From Paludibacteraceae bacterium (GTDB lineage: Bacteria > Bacteroidota > Bacteroidia > Bacteroidales > Paludibacteraceae): a stretch of 64,000 bases of DNA. The stretch covers positions 1,894 through 65,893 of the forward strand of contig JAKSLA010000011.1 of NCBI GenBank assembly GCA_024401455.1. Direction: 5' to 3'. Both the position numbers and the translations under genes were made by a program. Below are positions 38,486-49,247 of the stretch, one piece after another (position 1 is the first letter of the stretch; each line of letters begins with the position of its first letter). The notes beneath the pieces were generated by a model. It searched no databases and was not told where the DNA came from. It saw only the letters and a program-made list of their open reading frames with translations.

Positions 38486-41344
38486 TTATCGAAGTAGCGT
38501 GAAATGTCCTGTGTACAGTTGATCTTGCTCTTCTATGTTGATGATATACCAGTAGTCGTCTGAAGGCAGTGCCTTCCCGTTGTAGGTTCCGTCCCAAGGT
38601 TCGGAATTCTCGTCGAGTTGGCAGATGAGTTTGCCGTGTCGGTCATAGATGCTGACCGTGTATATCAAAAATTTCTCCAAGTTTTTTACGATGAAGAGGT
38701 CGTTCTCTCCGTCACCGTTAGGCGTGAAGAAATGGGGAATTTCAATTTCGCAGTCGGGCGTGTGGATAACTGTGTCTGTCACACAGCCTATAGCGTCTTT
38801 TACCTGGATTTTGTAGGTGCTGGAGTATCGTACGTTCTCGAATGAGTTTGATTCCTTAAATCCGTGTCCGAAATTGTAGGAGTAAACGCCTGTGCCGCCC
38901 TCGGCAATGATTCGGATGCTATGGTGGCCTGTTATTTCAATCTCTGCAATGTTAGGGAATGGAACCACATCAACGTATAGCGGCTGTTCCTCTTGGCAGG
39001 CTCCATTCTTTATGCGGACATGGTAGGTCGTCGCTTCCGTGGGAGCGAGTGCTGTTATCTCTGAGTTCGGGATGAGTTGCGAATACCCAGCGTCAAGCGA
39101 CCATTCGTAGCGGTAAGCGTTGTTCATAAACGGAGAAAGATTGAGTTGGTTGCCTATGCAGATGGTTGTGTCGTGGAGGTTGTTTATAATGGATTTGCTC
39201 AGATTGACGGAGAGAGGTTTGGAGACGACTTCGCATCCTGATGGGGTCACTGCCCTCATTCTATACTTGGCAGAACTTGTCGGAGTGAAAACGTATTCTT
39301 GCTTGCCTTCTCCCAACAAGGAGAAACTATTCAATGCCATAGGTGATTCCTCCCAAATGATATTTTCTGTGTCGGGGTAGTCGGTGCTGAGTGTTAATTC
39401 ATCCCCTTCGCAGAGACTGTCTGTTGACGTTTCAAAAGAGAACGCAGGTATTGGGGTTACTTTGATGGTTATGCTATCTGCGGCAATAGGGCATAGTTCA
39501 GACGATGCCTTCACCGTATAGGTGCTCGTCTCTTCTATGGATTCCCTCACTTTGAGAGAGTTCGTGCGGACTGCGCTGCTGCCGTTGCTGTTGATGCGTT
39601 CCCATTTCAATTGGTTAGCGTTCGCATTGGTGGTCGCTTGTATGAGAATGGTTTCGCCTTGGCAAGCATTCTCTTTTGCTTCCAATTGGATGGATATAGG
39701 AGCCTCAACTGTGACTTTGACGGGGTCTGACCATATTTCGGGGCAAGAGGAAGAACTTTCTGCCACCAGACAATAGGTGGCATCTTTTTCAGGCTTGTCA
39801 ATGATGGCATTTGTTAGTTCGGTGGAAATGCTTTTAAACACGGGATCGCCGGCCACTCTTCGTTGCCATTTGACAGAAGCGGCATTGCCGTATGTTCCGT
39901 TGAGGGTGAGTTCGTCGCCTGCGCATAGGCTTGTTTTTGAGATGCTGATCGTAGGTGTGGAGAGGTTCTCTACCGTAATTTTTATGGTGTCGCTTGCCGT
40001 AGGACAGGTGCTCGACTGAGCCCATACGACATAGGTGGCGTCAGTTGTGGCTTTTTCTTCGCAAGATGGCGCGTTGGATATCTCTGTTGCTCCATTTTCG
40101 GAGATGCGGGTCCAACCCAAATGTTCGAACTTTCCTTGATAGAGGTCGGCGTTCAATTGGATGACATCGTTGGTGCAGTAATTCTTGGCCATTGGTTTGA
40201 TTTTGATAAGCGGAGGTTCGTCCACATATACGGTAATCTCGTTGGAGGCTTCTTGCGGACAGGTGCTCTCTTTCAGACTCAAAACTCTGAACGTGGCATT
40301 CTCCTCCAAGACGATGCTTTTTGAGAGGTCTCGTCCAACGCCTAAAATCTTTGCCTGAGTTGTTGCGGTGGTGCTCATTTCCCATTGTAGTTGGTCGCAG
40401 TTCTCGGTAGCCACGTCCAGACGCAATTCCGTACCTTTGCAGATGCGGTCACCATTGTTGCTTGTCGTGAGTCGCAAGGATTGGGGTTGATCGACAAAGA
40501 CAGTTGTTTGTTGCGTTACGCTTTCGCATGCTTCGCTGTTTGCCGTAACGGTGTAAGTTGTTGTCTTTAGCGGCGTTTCTATGATGTTCCTTTCTTCTGG
40601 AGAAAATTCCACTTCGGGTCCATCTTCTTCTTGCTTAACATATTTGTAGGATGAAACGGCTCCTCCTCTTGCTCTGACACGGATGGAAATCTCCTCGCCT
40701 TTGCAGATATATTGGTCTTCAGAGAGGGTAAGTTTGATGGCCTTTTCTACATATACATTGAACCTTTTGGTCTCTGTTGAACAAACTCCGTCAGTAGCCA
40801 TGAGGGTTATCTCTATGTCGTCAGTGATGCCGACGAGGGTGTGGCTGGCTTGGTCGGACTTCTGTCCGTCCCAATAGAAAAGATTGGGTTCTCCTGCTTT
40901 GACTACATTCTTGATGGTGAGGTTGGCTCCTTCGCAGACGGTGGTGTCTGCCGGCAATTCAATCTTTATAGCCGGTCTTACTTTAATGGAAAATTCTTCT
41001 GGCGCCGATTGACAATCATCTTGGGTAGCCATGACGCGATAGTCCGTGTTGACGGAGGGAAGAAGGAGAATGCTATTCTCTGTCGAGATGTCTCTCCATT
41101 GACTCTCGCCCTGTGGTTTCTCTTGCCAAAGGAAGTTGGACGTTTGCCCACTTATTTCTTCTACTTGGCAGGTTATGGGTTGCCCGTTTTCGCTGCATAC
41201 GACGTCGTTGTCTTGGTGGAGTCGGATGTTTAGTCCTTCGCAATTGGATGTTTGGCTATGACCATTGGTGAAGAGGAGGCTGAAAATAAAGAAGCATATT
41301 ATTCTTAAGTGGTGCCACACGGTTCTTCTATTGCTGTGTTTCAT
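38486..41344 (-). CDS. Ig-like-repeat surface protein with a T9SS type B (gliding-motility-associated) C-terminal domain
   Basis: 952 aa. At least 8 modules with a C-x-G-x-x-h-x-L ... W pattern. C-terminus IPHFFTPNGDGENDLFIV...WDGTYNGKALPSDDYWYII. Confidence 0.8.
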   Translation of the reverse strand: MKHSNRRTVWHHLRIICFFIFSLLFTNGHSQTSNCEGLNIRLHQDNDVVCSENGQPITCQVEEISGQTSNFLWQEKPQGESQWRDISTENSILLLPSVNTDYRVMATQDDCQSAPEEFSIKVRPAIKIELPADTTVCEGANLTIKNVVKAGEPNLFYWDGQKSDQASHTLVGITDDIEITLMATDGVCSTETKRFNVYVEKAIKLTLSEDQYICKGEEISIRVRARGGAVSSYKYVKQEEDGPEVEFSPEERNIIETPLKTTTYTVTANSEACESVTQQTTVFVDQPQSLRLTTSNNGDRICKGTELRLDVATENCDQLQWEMSTTATTQAKILGVGRDLSKSIVLEENATFRVLSLKESTCPQEASNEITVYVDEPPLIKIKPMAKNYCTNDVIQLNADLYQGKFEHLGWTRISENGATEISNAPSCEEKATTDATYVVWAQSSTCPTASDTIKITVENLSTPTISISKTSLCAGDELTLNGTYGNAASVKWQRRVAGDPVFKSISTELTNAIIDKPEKDATYCLVAESSSSCPEIWSDPVKVTVEAPISIQLEAKENACQGETILIQATTNANANQLKWERINSNGSSAVRTNSLKVRESIEETSTYTVKASSELCPIAADSITIKVTPIPAFSFETSTDSLCEGDELTLSTDYPDTENIIWEESPMALNSFSLLGEGKQEYVFTPTSSAKYRMRAVTPSGCEVVSKPLSVNLSKSIINNLHDTTICIGNQLNLSPFMNNAYRYEWSLDAGYSQLIPNSEITALAPTEATTYHVRIKNGACQEEQPLYVDVVPFPNIAEIEITGHHSIRIIAEGGTGVYSYNFGHGFKESNSFENVRYSSTYKIQVKDAIGCVTDTVIHTPDCEIEIPHFFTPNGDGENDLFIVKNLEKFLIYTVSIYDRHGKLICQLDENSEPWDGTYNGKALPSDDYWYIINIEEQDQLYTGHFTLLR

Positions 41345-41499
41345 TGTTTTAAACTGTTTGGTTGCCCAAATTTTATGGGGCGGAAATCGGGTTCTTCGTT
41401 CTTATTGACCTTTGTGTTGAATGCTGCAAAATGTGTTCCAAAAAGCCCAAGGAACTTTGTTTTTTGTCGCCATTCTGGTTGTCTCTTCCGTACCTCTCT

Positions 41500-41778
41500 T
41501 TATCGTAGGCATCGGTAAAGGATTAGTATTTGAATGAAGATGATGGCTGGAACGCCATATTTGAATTTCTTGTGAAGTGTTTTATGCCTGAAAAAGAGCA
41601 TCCCGGCGAGGGCACCGATACTGCCTCCGAAAGCAGCCAGTAAAAGCAATGTCTTTTCAGGAATGCGCCTCGGTTTCTTAGGTGATTTGGCCAAATGCTT
41701 GTCCCACCCATATACACAGAATGTGAGAAGGGTCATCAGCAATAGAAAAGCGAGTGCAATTTTGATGTGTAGTTCCAT
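41500..41778 (-). CDS. DUF1294-family membrane protein
   Basis: GWDKHLAKSPKKPRRIPEKTLLLLAAFGGSIGALAGMLFFRHKTLHKKF. I prefer the MELHIKIA start (41778), directly after the upstream stop. Confidence 0.7.
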   Translation of the reverse strand: MELHIKIALAFLLLMTLLTFCVYGWDKHLAKSPKKPRRIPEKTLLLLAAFGGSIGALAGMLFFRHKTLHKKFKYGVPAIIFIQILILYRCLR

Positions 41779-41779
41779 T

Positions 41780-43423
41780 CTAAAATTCGTAATTGAAGCC
41801 AAGACTCAACTGCTCTTGAATACCTGTCTCGATGGTCGTCTTATTGTCTGTCCTCAGTTTGAACGATATACGCGAACTAAGGAAACGGTTGATGATGAAG
41901 TTTCCTACAAACTCAATTTCCGCCTCGATGTAGTCGTGCGGGTAGGCACAGAAGAGTTGAGCCTTCGCATTGAAGTTGATTTCGCGGGAGAACTTCCAAT
42001 AGAGTTCCCCATGGGTCATATATCCGAAGAGGTTGGCCACCTTGCCGTCTTTGATGCCTTCTGATAGCGGGTCAACCCTGTCGTCGATGATGAAGATAAG
42101 ACGATAGGCGAAGGGAGCCACTTGGAGGAATGTCTTTGAGTTGTGACGATAGTCAGCACCTAATCCGAATGTCAAGTAGGAAGGTGAGAGGAATGCTGAA
42201 GCCACATCGTTTGAATTGATACCGTCGTAACTGGTGAATAGAGAGGTGCGGAAATCTCCTGACAAACTGTAATACAGCTTTTTGATGCCCGTCGCATAGC
42301 CCAAACGGCTGATGATTTCAAACTCGTCGTTGTTTACACGGAAGGCGCGGATGGTATCTTCGCTCGTGTTGTAAAAACCGATTTCAGCGTTGATGCTGTT
42401 GTCCCAAGTCAGAATGTCGTTTTTGTTGTAATTCTTCTTGTAAGTAAGGACGGAAAGCAAGGTGGAGTTAGGTGTTCCACCTTTGTGCCAATTGTTGACG
42501 TAGTATTGGGAGAAGTGGATGGTCAGTTTCTTGTAATCTGTCCAAGGTCCTTGCTTCTTGGGTTTTAGCAGTTTGCTCAATTGCTCGAAAGCGGGTTCGC
42601 TCTTGTGCTTGTCAACGTCTTGGATGTATAGGTTGCGGTTGATGTTGTAGATGTCGCCCGCCTTGTTGTCAAATTCGCCTAAAGCATAGAATTCGATGAG
42701 GTCAGGGTCATAGCAGGAGATGCTGATGATGATACTGTTGTTGATTGCCTCCCTGTTGATTGCCTCTTCGCATTTCTTTTCGAAAGTTGATTTCTCGAAA
42801 AGTGGTGCTTTTTTCTTGTGGTAACTGACTTCGTCTAAAGTAAAAGTCGGCGTGATGTTTTCTCTTTTGATTTGAGAAAAGACGATGGGTTGAAAAGGGG
42901 TGATGCCCATTTTCTTGATTTGCACGTTCGTCAGCGAATCGGCTAACCTTTCGGTCTTCTCTAATTCTGTTTGTATGAAGTAGGTGTAGCGGTCGCTCTT
43001 TTGGCTTTTTTTTGCTCGGAGGCGGGCCAATTTAGCACTTGTGTCATCGCCTTTTAGACGAAGAATGTCCTTGTCCGTCTTGCTGATATAGTCTTCAATG
43101 TGTTCGGTGTCGGTGGACGACGACTCTTTGACGGTCATGTTGATGAGTTGCTTCTCTTGTTCGTCTTCGATGAATTGGTCGGTGCGGGCGGCCAACGAGT
43201 CGAGGGCAATCTCTTTGCCGAATTCTCTGTAGTCACGTATGTATTGGCTCATCAGGGCATTCTTGATGCTGTCGTGCGTCTCTTCGTCCAGGTGTGGCGT
43301 CTCTTTGATGAGGTGGGAGAAGAACCAATTAGGGTCTATGTTCTCCTGCGCCGTCGCATTAAGGACCGAAAGCACGAAAAGAATGGCTGTTGCGAGTATA
43401 TTGTGATACCTTGTTTTCATCAT
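41780..43423 (-). CDS. Secreted/outer-membrane protein (possibly DUF3078-like)
   Basis: 547 aa with a signal peptide (LNATAQ) and a beta-rich C-terminal half ending in F. Family is a guess. Confidence 0.45.
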   Translation of the reverse strand: MMKTRYHNILATAILFVLSVLNATAQENIDPNWFFSHLIKETPHLDEETHDSIKNALMSQYIRDYREFGKEIALDSLAARTDQFIEDEQEKQLINMTVKESSSTDTEHIEDYISKTDKDILRLKGDDTSAKLARLRAKKSQKSDRYTYFIQTELEKTERLADSLTNVQIKKMGITPFQPIVFSQIKRENITPTFTLDEVSYHKKKAPLFEKSTFEKKCEEAINREAINNSIIISISCYDPDLIEFYALGEFDNKAGDIYNINRNLYIQDVDKHKSEPAFEQLSKLLKPKKQGPWTDYKKLTIHFSQYYVNNWHKGGTPNSTLLSVLTYKKNYNKNDILTWDNSINAEIGFYNTSEDTIRAFRVNNDEFEIISRLGYATGIKKLYYSLSGDFRTSLFTSYDGINSNDVASAFLSPSYLTFGLGADYRHNSKTFLQVAPFAYRLIFIIDDRVDPLSEGIKDGKVANLFGYMTHGELYWKFSREINFNAKAQLFCAYPHDYIEAEIEFVGNFIINRFLSSRISFKLRTDNKTTIETGIQEQLSLGFNYEF

Positions 43424-43507
43424 TGCAAAGATAGGAAATAGTTATTTAATTGGAGGTCCGTCTTTAGTTTATTTAAGGACCTTCTTTGAAATTCCCGATT
43501 TTCTGAA

Positions 43508-45520
43508 TTATTCTTTGTTGTAGCGTTTGATGATGTTGTAGGCCGAGTAGATGCCCAATTCGCCTGCCTTGCTTAAGTCGGCAATGCCTTCACGGCTTTC
43601 TCCCACGAGGATGTGGACCAATCCTCGGTTGAAATAGGCTTCGGCGAAATCCTTGTCCAATTCGATGGCTTTTGTGTAGTTGGCCATGGCATTGCGGAAA
43701 TCTTTCTGCTCGGAGAGAATGTTGGCTTTGTTGTACCATCCGAATGGAAGTCTCGGGGCAAGGGTGGTTACTTGGTCGTAGTCGTTCAACATGAGTCCAT
43801 AGATCAATTGCGAACTGCTTTGAGAGAGTTCTTTCTCTTTCTCGCTTTTGATTTCGTCTTCAAGGGAAGCCTCGTATTCCATCTTCTTGTGTCTGATGTT
43901 TGCTCGGTTGAAGTAGGCAATCCAAGAACTTGGGTTGGCATCGATGGCTTTGCCGTAATCTTCGATGGCACTTTGGTAATCTTGAATCATCTCGAAGTCG
44001 ATGGCACGGCTCAAATAGAGAATGTAATGGCTGTTTTTCTCTATGCTCATAGTCTTCTCTTCGATGGCGTGGAAATGTTCGACAATCTGCTCTTTGCTCA
44101 ACTGCGTGTCGTGGTTGCCGATCTGGATTTTCTTTGGCAGTTGGCGTTTGGCGTTTATCTCGGTAATCTCTTGGACGAAGTAGTTCGTCTTCTTCATCTC
44201 GTTGTCCTTGATGTAGTAGGAGAGGTGGAAGAGCGGCTCTATGTCGATGTTGAAGTTGATGTTCTGAACCTTTCCGCGTGTTTCGCTCTTGAAGGAGATG
44301 CGGCGTTCTTCGTCCTCCTTGTCGGCTATGACGAGGCGGTTGAAGTTCTTGATGCTCTTGTCCGACTTCGTTCTTGTTTTTTTCTCTTTCCCTTTCTCCT
44401 TCTCCTCTTGGTGTTGCCCTTGTTGTTTCCAGCGGTCGCGTTCCATTAGCATGGCTTGGTTGTAGTCGAGTTGCGCTCCCTTTTTGTCGCCCTTCTTCTC
44501 TTTGGCTTCTGCGCGGCAGTAGTAGAGCGGGTAGAAGTCGGGGTATTCCTTTAAAACCTTGTTGATGTCGGCTATGGCACGGTTGCTTTCACCCAATTCG
44601 GTTTCGATCAAGGCACGGTTGTAGAGGGCGATGTAGTCGTCGGGGTTAAATTCAAGCACACGGTCGAAATCCTCTAAGGCGCGGTTCTTGTCTCCAATCT
44701 CGTTGCGAAGCAATCCGCGATTGTAGTAGGCCATTGAGTTGTTCGGGTCGAGTTGGATTACGTTGTCGTAGTCGTTGAGCGTCCCCTTCAAGTCGTTGAG
44801 GTGGTAGCGTATAAGTCCACGGTTGATGTAGTAGCCGGGGCGGTCGGGCTTCATGCGGATCGCTTCGTTGTAGTCGTCCAAGGCCGCTTTGTATTCGCCT
44901 CTTGTGTAGCGCACGATGCCTCTGGCTGCATAGCAGTCGGCTCTGTATTTGTCGAGTGAGAGGGCCTTCTCAAAATCGGCTAAGGAGGCCGTAGTGTCTT
45001 TGTTGGCAAGGTACGCTTGGCCTCGGTTGAGGTAGGCATCCACGAATTTCGGGTTCTTTTGGATGGTCGAAGAGAGTGTTTCGATGGCTTTCCCGTAATT
45101 CTCTTCTTGCATAAAGGCGATGCCAGAATAGAGCATCAGCCTTCGATTGCCTGGGTCGAACTTCAGACCTTGGGCGAAATCTTCTTGTGCCTCAGTATAT
45201 TTCTTTTGGTTGATGCGGGCGATGCCTCGACATTCGTATGCGTTGATCATGAACGGGTTACGTTCGAGCGCAAGCGTACAATCATCTTCCGATCCTTGGT
45301 AGTCCTCCAAATTGATTTTGGCTACGGCCCGAAGAAAATAGGGGTCGGCCAAGTGAGGTTTTACTCGGATTACTTGGTTGAAATATTGGATGGAGAGTAC
45401 GTAATCTTCAAAATAGAGTGCGTTTTGGCCGATGGCTAAAATTCGGTTGGTGTTGAGTTGCGAGTAGCCGTTCCCGAAGGAAAGGATCGTCAGTAATATG
45501 AATAGTGCTAAATGCCTCAT
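43508..45520 (-). CDS. Tetratricopeptide (TPR) repeat protein
   Basis: 670 aa with a signal peptide. Many 34-aa A..Y..A..L.P repeats are separated by a K/E-rich linker. Confidence 0.85.
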   Translation of the reverse strand: MRHLALFILLTILSFGNGYSQLNTNRILAIGQNALYFEDYVLSIQYFNQVIRVKPHLADPYFLRAVAKINLEDYQGSEDDCTLALERNPFMINAYECRGIARINQKKYTEAQEDFAQGLKFDPGNRRLMLYSGIAFMQEENYGKAIETLSSTIQKNPKFVDAYLNRGQAYLANKDTTASLADFEKALSLDKYRADCYAARGIVRYTRGEYKAALDDYNEAIRMKPDRPGYYINRGLIRYHLNDLKGTLNDYDNVIQLDPNNSMAYYNRGLLRNEIGDKNRALEDFDRVLEFNPDDYIALYNRALIETELGESNRAIADINKVLKEYPDFYPLYYCRAEAKEKKGDKKGAQLDYNQAMLMERDRWKQQGQHQEEKEKGKEKKTRTKSDKSIKNFNRLVIADKEDEERRISFKSETRGKVQNINFNIDIEPLFHLSYYIKDNEMKKTNYFVQEITEINAKRQLPKKIQIGNHDTQLSKEQIVEHFHAIEEKTMSIEKNSHYILYLSRAIDFEMIQDYQSAIEDYGKAIDANPSSWIAYFNRANIRHKKMEYEASLEDEIKSEKEKELSQSSSQLIYGLMLNDYDQVTTLAPRLPFGWYNKANILSEQKDFRNAMANYTKAIELDKDFAEAYFNRGLVHILVGESREGIADLSKAGELGIYSAYNIIKRYNKE

Positions 45521-45842
45521 GGGTTTGAAAAATCTCTCAATTTTACTTCATCGTTCAATATTACTAAATTTTTGGTAGTCGTACTTTATCTCAGCCCGTT
45601 TTTTAATGATATTTAGTGAAATGTTGCACGATGGTTCCTCTTTGTCCAAAATCTCGGTTTAAGGGAGTCAAAAAAAATGAATTTAGAAAATCAGGGAAGA
45701 TAGAAGTTCCTTTCATTCATTTTCTCTTTACAACGAAACACAATTCCCAATTTTTAATATCTTTGTAAGATTAAAGAAACGAAAGAAATGCAGATTTCTG
45801 ACGTCTGAAAACAAAGTGATTTTGTTCAAAAAAGGTAAATAG

Positions 45843-46409
45843 ATGAAGACGATTATTAAATTCGGATTGGGAATAGTAGTGGCATTGTTCATATTCGCTT
45901 GGATGCTTGATGACGAAGAGACGACAGAGCCGGAAATGAAGCCGGCCCAAGTGGATAAAAAGGCAGAAGAAAACAAGAAGCCAGAACAATCTAAAACGGC
46001 GGAGGATAAACCTCGGAAGCCTAAAACCAAGTCGGATACAAAGAAGGCTGCGGTTTGGGCGGATGGTAAAGTGGCAAGAATCGGTGCCGCTGAATATCGC
46101 CGTCGCGTGATTAACTATACATCATCCGATGCCAAATATTTGGGCGAAGGCCCTTGCGTGGTGGATCTCTATGCAAGTTGGTGCGCTCCTTGTATGGCTC
46201 TTGCTCCGCATGTGGAAGAGTTGGCGAAAAAATATAAGGGTAAAGTCCAATTCTTTAAGATTGATGTTGACGACAACGGCGCGTTAACTTCCCATTACAA
46301 TATCCGTTCCATTCCAACCTTGTTCTTATTTGATAAGAATGGCAAGATGGAGAAGATAGTTGGAGCCCCTACCAATTTGGCTGAAAAGGTTGAACGCCTT
46401 GCCCGATAG
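45843..46409 (+). CDS. Membrane-anchored thioredoxin-domain protein
   Basis: 188 aa with an N-terminal TM helix, a WCAPC active site and a thioredoxin fold (FFKIDVDDN...IRSIPTLFLF). Confidence 0.85.
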   Translation: MKTIIKFGLGIVVALFIFAWMLDDEETTEPEMKPAQVDKKAEENKKPEQSKTAEDKPRKPKTKSDTKKAAVWADGKVARIGAAEYRRRVINYTSSDAKYLGEGPCVVDLYASWCAPCMALAPHVEELAKKYKGKVQFFKIDVDDNGALTSHYNIRSIPTLFLFDKNGKMEKIVGAPTNLAEKVERLAR

Positions 46410-46472
46410 TTGGGCACCTTAGCCTTGAAAAATCCTCTTAGATTGCGTTAAACCATAAAAACATACAACCAG

Positions 46473-48377
46473 ATGAATGCAAAGAAAATATTTATGACAT
46501 TGGCATTGACCTCCTCGCTGTTGGCGGCCGATGCTGTGACCAAGCGGAATTTCAATTTCGTCGTAGGTGTCGATGGCGATTTCAAGGCGGCTAAGCAGGC
46601 GGCCGAGGTTTCCCGAAATGGACGTTTCTACATCTTTTTCCCTAATGGAGAATACAATATCGGCGCGCAGACGGGAGATGCTAACCAACGCACCACTTTC
46701 TCTGCTGCTCAGGTGTCGTTCATAGGCCAAAGCATGGAGGGCGTTGTGCTTTACAACCGATGTTCGTCGGAGGGTATCAGCGTGACGGCGACCCTCGATT
46801 TGCAGAAGAATGCTTCGTTCACTTACATGCAAGACATCACTTTACAAAATAGATCGTACAATGACCCTAATTCTTCGGTCAATAGATTTGTCGTTATTCG
46901 TGACCAGGCAGACAAGAACATTTACAAGAATGTTAGGATGTTGAGTACCCAAGACACCTATTACACCCCTTCTGGCGAGCGGCGCTCCTATTTGGAAAAT
47001 TGTGAAATACATGGAACGGTCGATTATATATGCGGTGGCGGCGACCTTTATTTCAACCAGTGTTCGCTCATCATGGAGAACAGGGCCAATAATTGTTTGA
47101 CGGCTCCAGCCACCCAAAGTTCTTGGGGCTACGTTTTCCAAAATTGTGTGATAGATGGATATCCCATCAATAACGGCTCGTTCCGTTTGGGTAGGTCTTG
47201 GAGCGGCAAACCTCGTGCTGTTTTCTTGAACACGAGAATGAAGGTGGTCCCTAAAGCCGAAGGATGGGGCGATCCGATGAATACCGTTCCGACACTATTT
47301 GCCGAGTTTAATTCAATGGATGGTAATGGAAATCCGCTTGATGTGAGCCGAAGAAGGGGCTACTACACTTGCTCGAAAGATGGTTCCACAGCCAATTTCA
47401 ATCCTCGTCTCTCCTACGAGGAGGCTTCTCGTTATACTATTGAGAATGTGATAGGCGGAAAAGATGGATGGCGTCCTGATTTGGCTACGAAGCAGTTGCC
47501 TGCCCCTCGTGTTTCTGCCTCTGGTGCCGTTATGGAATGGGAAGATATGGATGCGGCTTTGTGCTACGTCATCTTTAAGGACGGCCAATATTTGGCAAAC
47601 GTAACCGAACCATTTTACAAAGAGACGGGCACCATTGATTCTAACTCGACCTATACTGTTCGTGCCGCGAATGAGATGGGTGGACTTGGTGCCTCTTCCG
47701 AAGGGGTTCATCTCTCTCCGATAGCCCAAGAGCAGGAGGAGGATTGGAGTGAATTCAAGGTCTATTATTATGGCAATGGAGAAGTCTCATCGACCCATGG
47801 AAACGAATATAACAATCTGTGGAGTTGTAGTGACGCCGACAGCAAAGGAATTGCTTGGGCTATCACGGGCCGTGATGACAAGAGCGTTTTGTATGGTAAT
47901 GATGTGAGGGTGCAAATGGATGGACATACTTACACCACGTTTAAGAACTCAAACGGAGCGCAAAATACGTTCTATTTGCCTGAAAATACGGCGGTGAAGT
48001 CGGTGGCGTTTGTCGGTTATACCAACGATTCCGAAAGTGTAGGCTCTTTGACGGAGGTGAATGGAGAGCAACTCTCTGTTCCATTCAATAAGAATACGGG
48101 TGCAGCCAACTACACGTCAAATCCTTCTGTTGTTCGATATGATTTCAAGGAGGATGTTTGTGGCAGTTTCACCTTTACTTTCAGCAACAAACAAATCTGT
48201 TTCGTGGTTTTGATGAAGACCACCCCATGCTTCTGCCCGTCTGTTTCTGTAGAGGATGTTGAGGCTGGCGTGCCGAACAAGGATCAGAACTATTATGACC
48301 TTTCCGGGCGAAAAGTAGAAGCGTTGCGCAAGGGCGAGATCTATATTCATAATGGTCAATCGATATTGGTTAAATAA
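46473..48377 (+). CDS. Pectinesterase (CE8) with C-terminal extension and a probable T9SS-type tail
   Basis: 634 aa. CE8 motifs QDTYY, GTVDYICGGG and LGRSW. C-terminus NYYDLSGRKVEALRKGEIYIHNGQSILVK. Confidence 0.8.
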   Translation: MNAKKIFMTLALTSSLLAADAVTKRNFNFVVGVDGDFKAAKQAAEVSRNGRFYIFFPNGEYNIGAQTGDANQRTTFSAAQVSFIGQSMEGVVLYNRCSSEGISVTATLDLQKNASFTYMQDITLQNRSYNDPNSSVNRFVVIRDQADKNIYKNVRMLSTQDTYYTPSGERRSYLENCEIHGTVDYICGGGDLYFNQCSLIMENRANNCLTAPATQSSWGYVFQNCVIDGYPINNGSFRLGRSWSGKPRAVFLNTRMKVVPKAEGWGDPMNTVPTLFAEFNSMDGNGNPLDVSRRRGYYTCSKDGSTANFNPRLSYEEASRYTIENVIGGKDGWRPDLATKQLPAPRVSASGAVMEWEDMDAALCYVIFKDGQYLANVTEPFYKETGTIDSNSTYTVRAANEMGGLGASSEGVHLSPIAQEQEEDWSEFKVYYYGNGEVSSTHGNEYNNLWSCSDADSKGIAWAITGRDDKSVLYGNDVRVQMDGHTYTTFKNSNGAQNTFYLPENTAVKSVAFVGYTNDSESVGSLTEVNGEQLSVPFNKNTGAANYTSNPSVVRYDFKEDVCGSFTFTFSNKQICFVVLMKTTPCFCPSVSVEDVEAGVPNKDQNYYDLSGRKVEALRKGEIYIHNGQSILVK

Positions 48378-48901
48378 CAAAGGGGATAAGAAAAGGGTCG
48401 GATAGGAGGAAATCTTATCCGGCCCTATGTTTTTTCTTGTGGTCTTGGGTGTGGAAACTCACTTGATATTTGTTGCCAGAGGTTGATATACAGGTGTATA
48501 GTAAGGCAAAAGACCTTTTGTGTCGTAAATGATAAGGCGGTGAATTTGTAACCATTGCCTTGAATACATTGACCTTGAATAATCAAGTAGAATGATTTTT
48601 TTGTATTTTTGTGAAAATCTCTTGGCATGCAAGAGAAATTTATAGAACTCAAAATATTAACTAATAAAAAATTAATGGCGAAATAACAATCTGTTTACAT
48701 ATTAGTGAGCTTTAAGCATTCATTCTGAACATATAGCCGAAAACCGCCAAATCTTCAGCTAACTCATGCACCGGAATAAATGTAAGTGTGCTTGCGTCCT
48801 TAAGGGCGTGAGCTGCCTTCGTTTATCGGTGTATGGGGTTTCTTGGCGGTTTCCCTGGCTGTTCAATAAACAGACGGTAGTTGCACGCCTTTTTTATATT
48901 T

Positions 48902-49120
48902 ATGGCAGTACATATAGGGAAACTGATAAAAGCGGAGATGGATAGGCAGGAGCGTGGCCCGTCTTGGTTGGCGAAGCACCTTCATTGCAATCGGCAGAAT
49001 GTCTATGACATCTTCAAGCGGGAGAGTTGCGACACGGCACTGCTATTGAAAATATCCAACATTCTGAAACGTGATTTCTTCCAAACGCTCAGCAAGAATG
49101 TGGGGAAGGAGGAGCCGTGA
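48902..49120 (+). CDS. Small helix-turn-helix DNA-binding protein
   Basis: MAVHIGKLIKAEMDRQERGPSWLAKHLHCNRQNVYDIFKR... is XRE-like. The start was chosen at the internal Met. Confidence 0.55.
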   Translation: MAVHIGKLIKAEMDRQERGPSWLAKHLHCNRQNVYDIFKRESCDTALLLKISNILKRDFFQTLSKNVGKEEP

Positions 49121-49247
49121 ATGATGGTAATCTCCTCTCTCTTACCCGAATGTGGGTGCAAAGTGATATATTTTAACGTTTATGAATATATTTGGCTAAG
49201 GTTGCGGTACAGCTGTCGAGAGTCGCGAGATTTCTAACTTTTTTAAG

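Noticed and set aside
43613-44449. 278-aa plus-strand ORF antisense to the TPR protein gene
   Set aside because: The Val/Leu/Phe-rich low-complexity translation is a mirror of the Glu/Lys/Asn-rich TPR gene. It has no motif support.
48735-48860. Possible structured RNA upstream of the HTH gene (AAACCGCCAA / TTGGCGGTTT outer stem, with CACCGGAATAAA / TTTATCGGTG as an imperfect inner stem)
   Set aside because: There are only two short helices, one imperfect, and no recognisable riboswitch or tRNA-like features. This is insufficient without covariation data.
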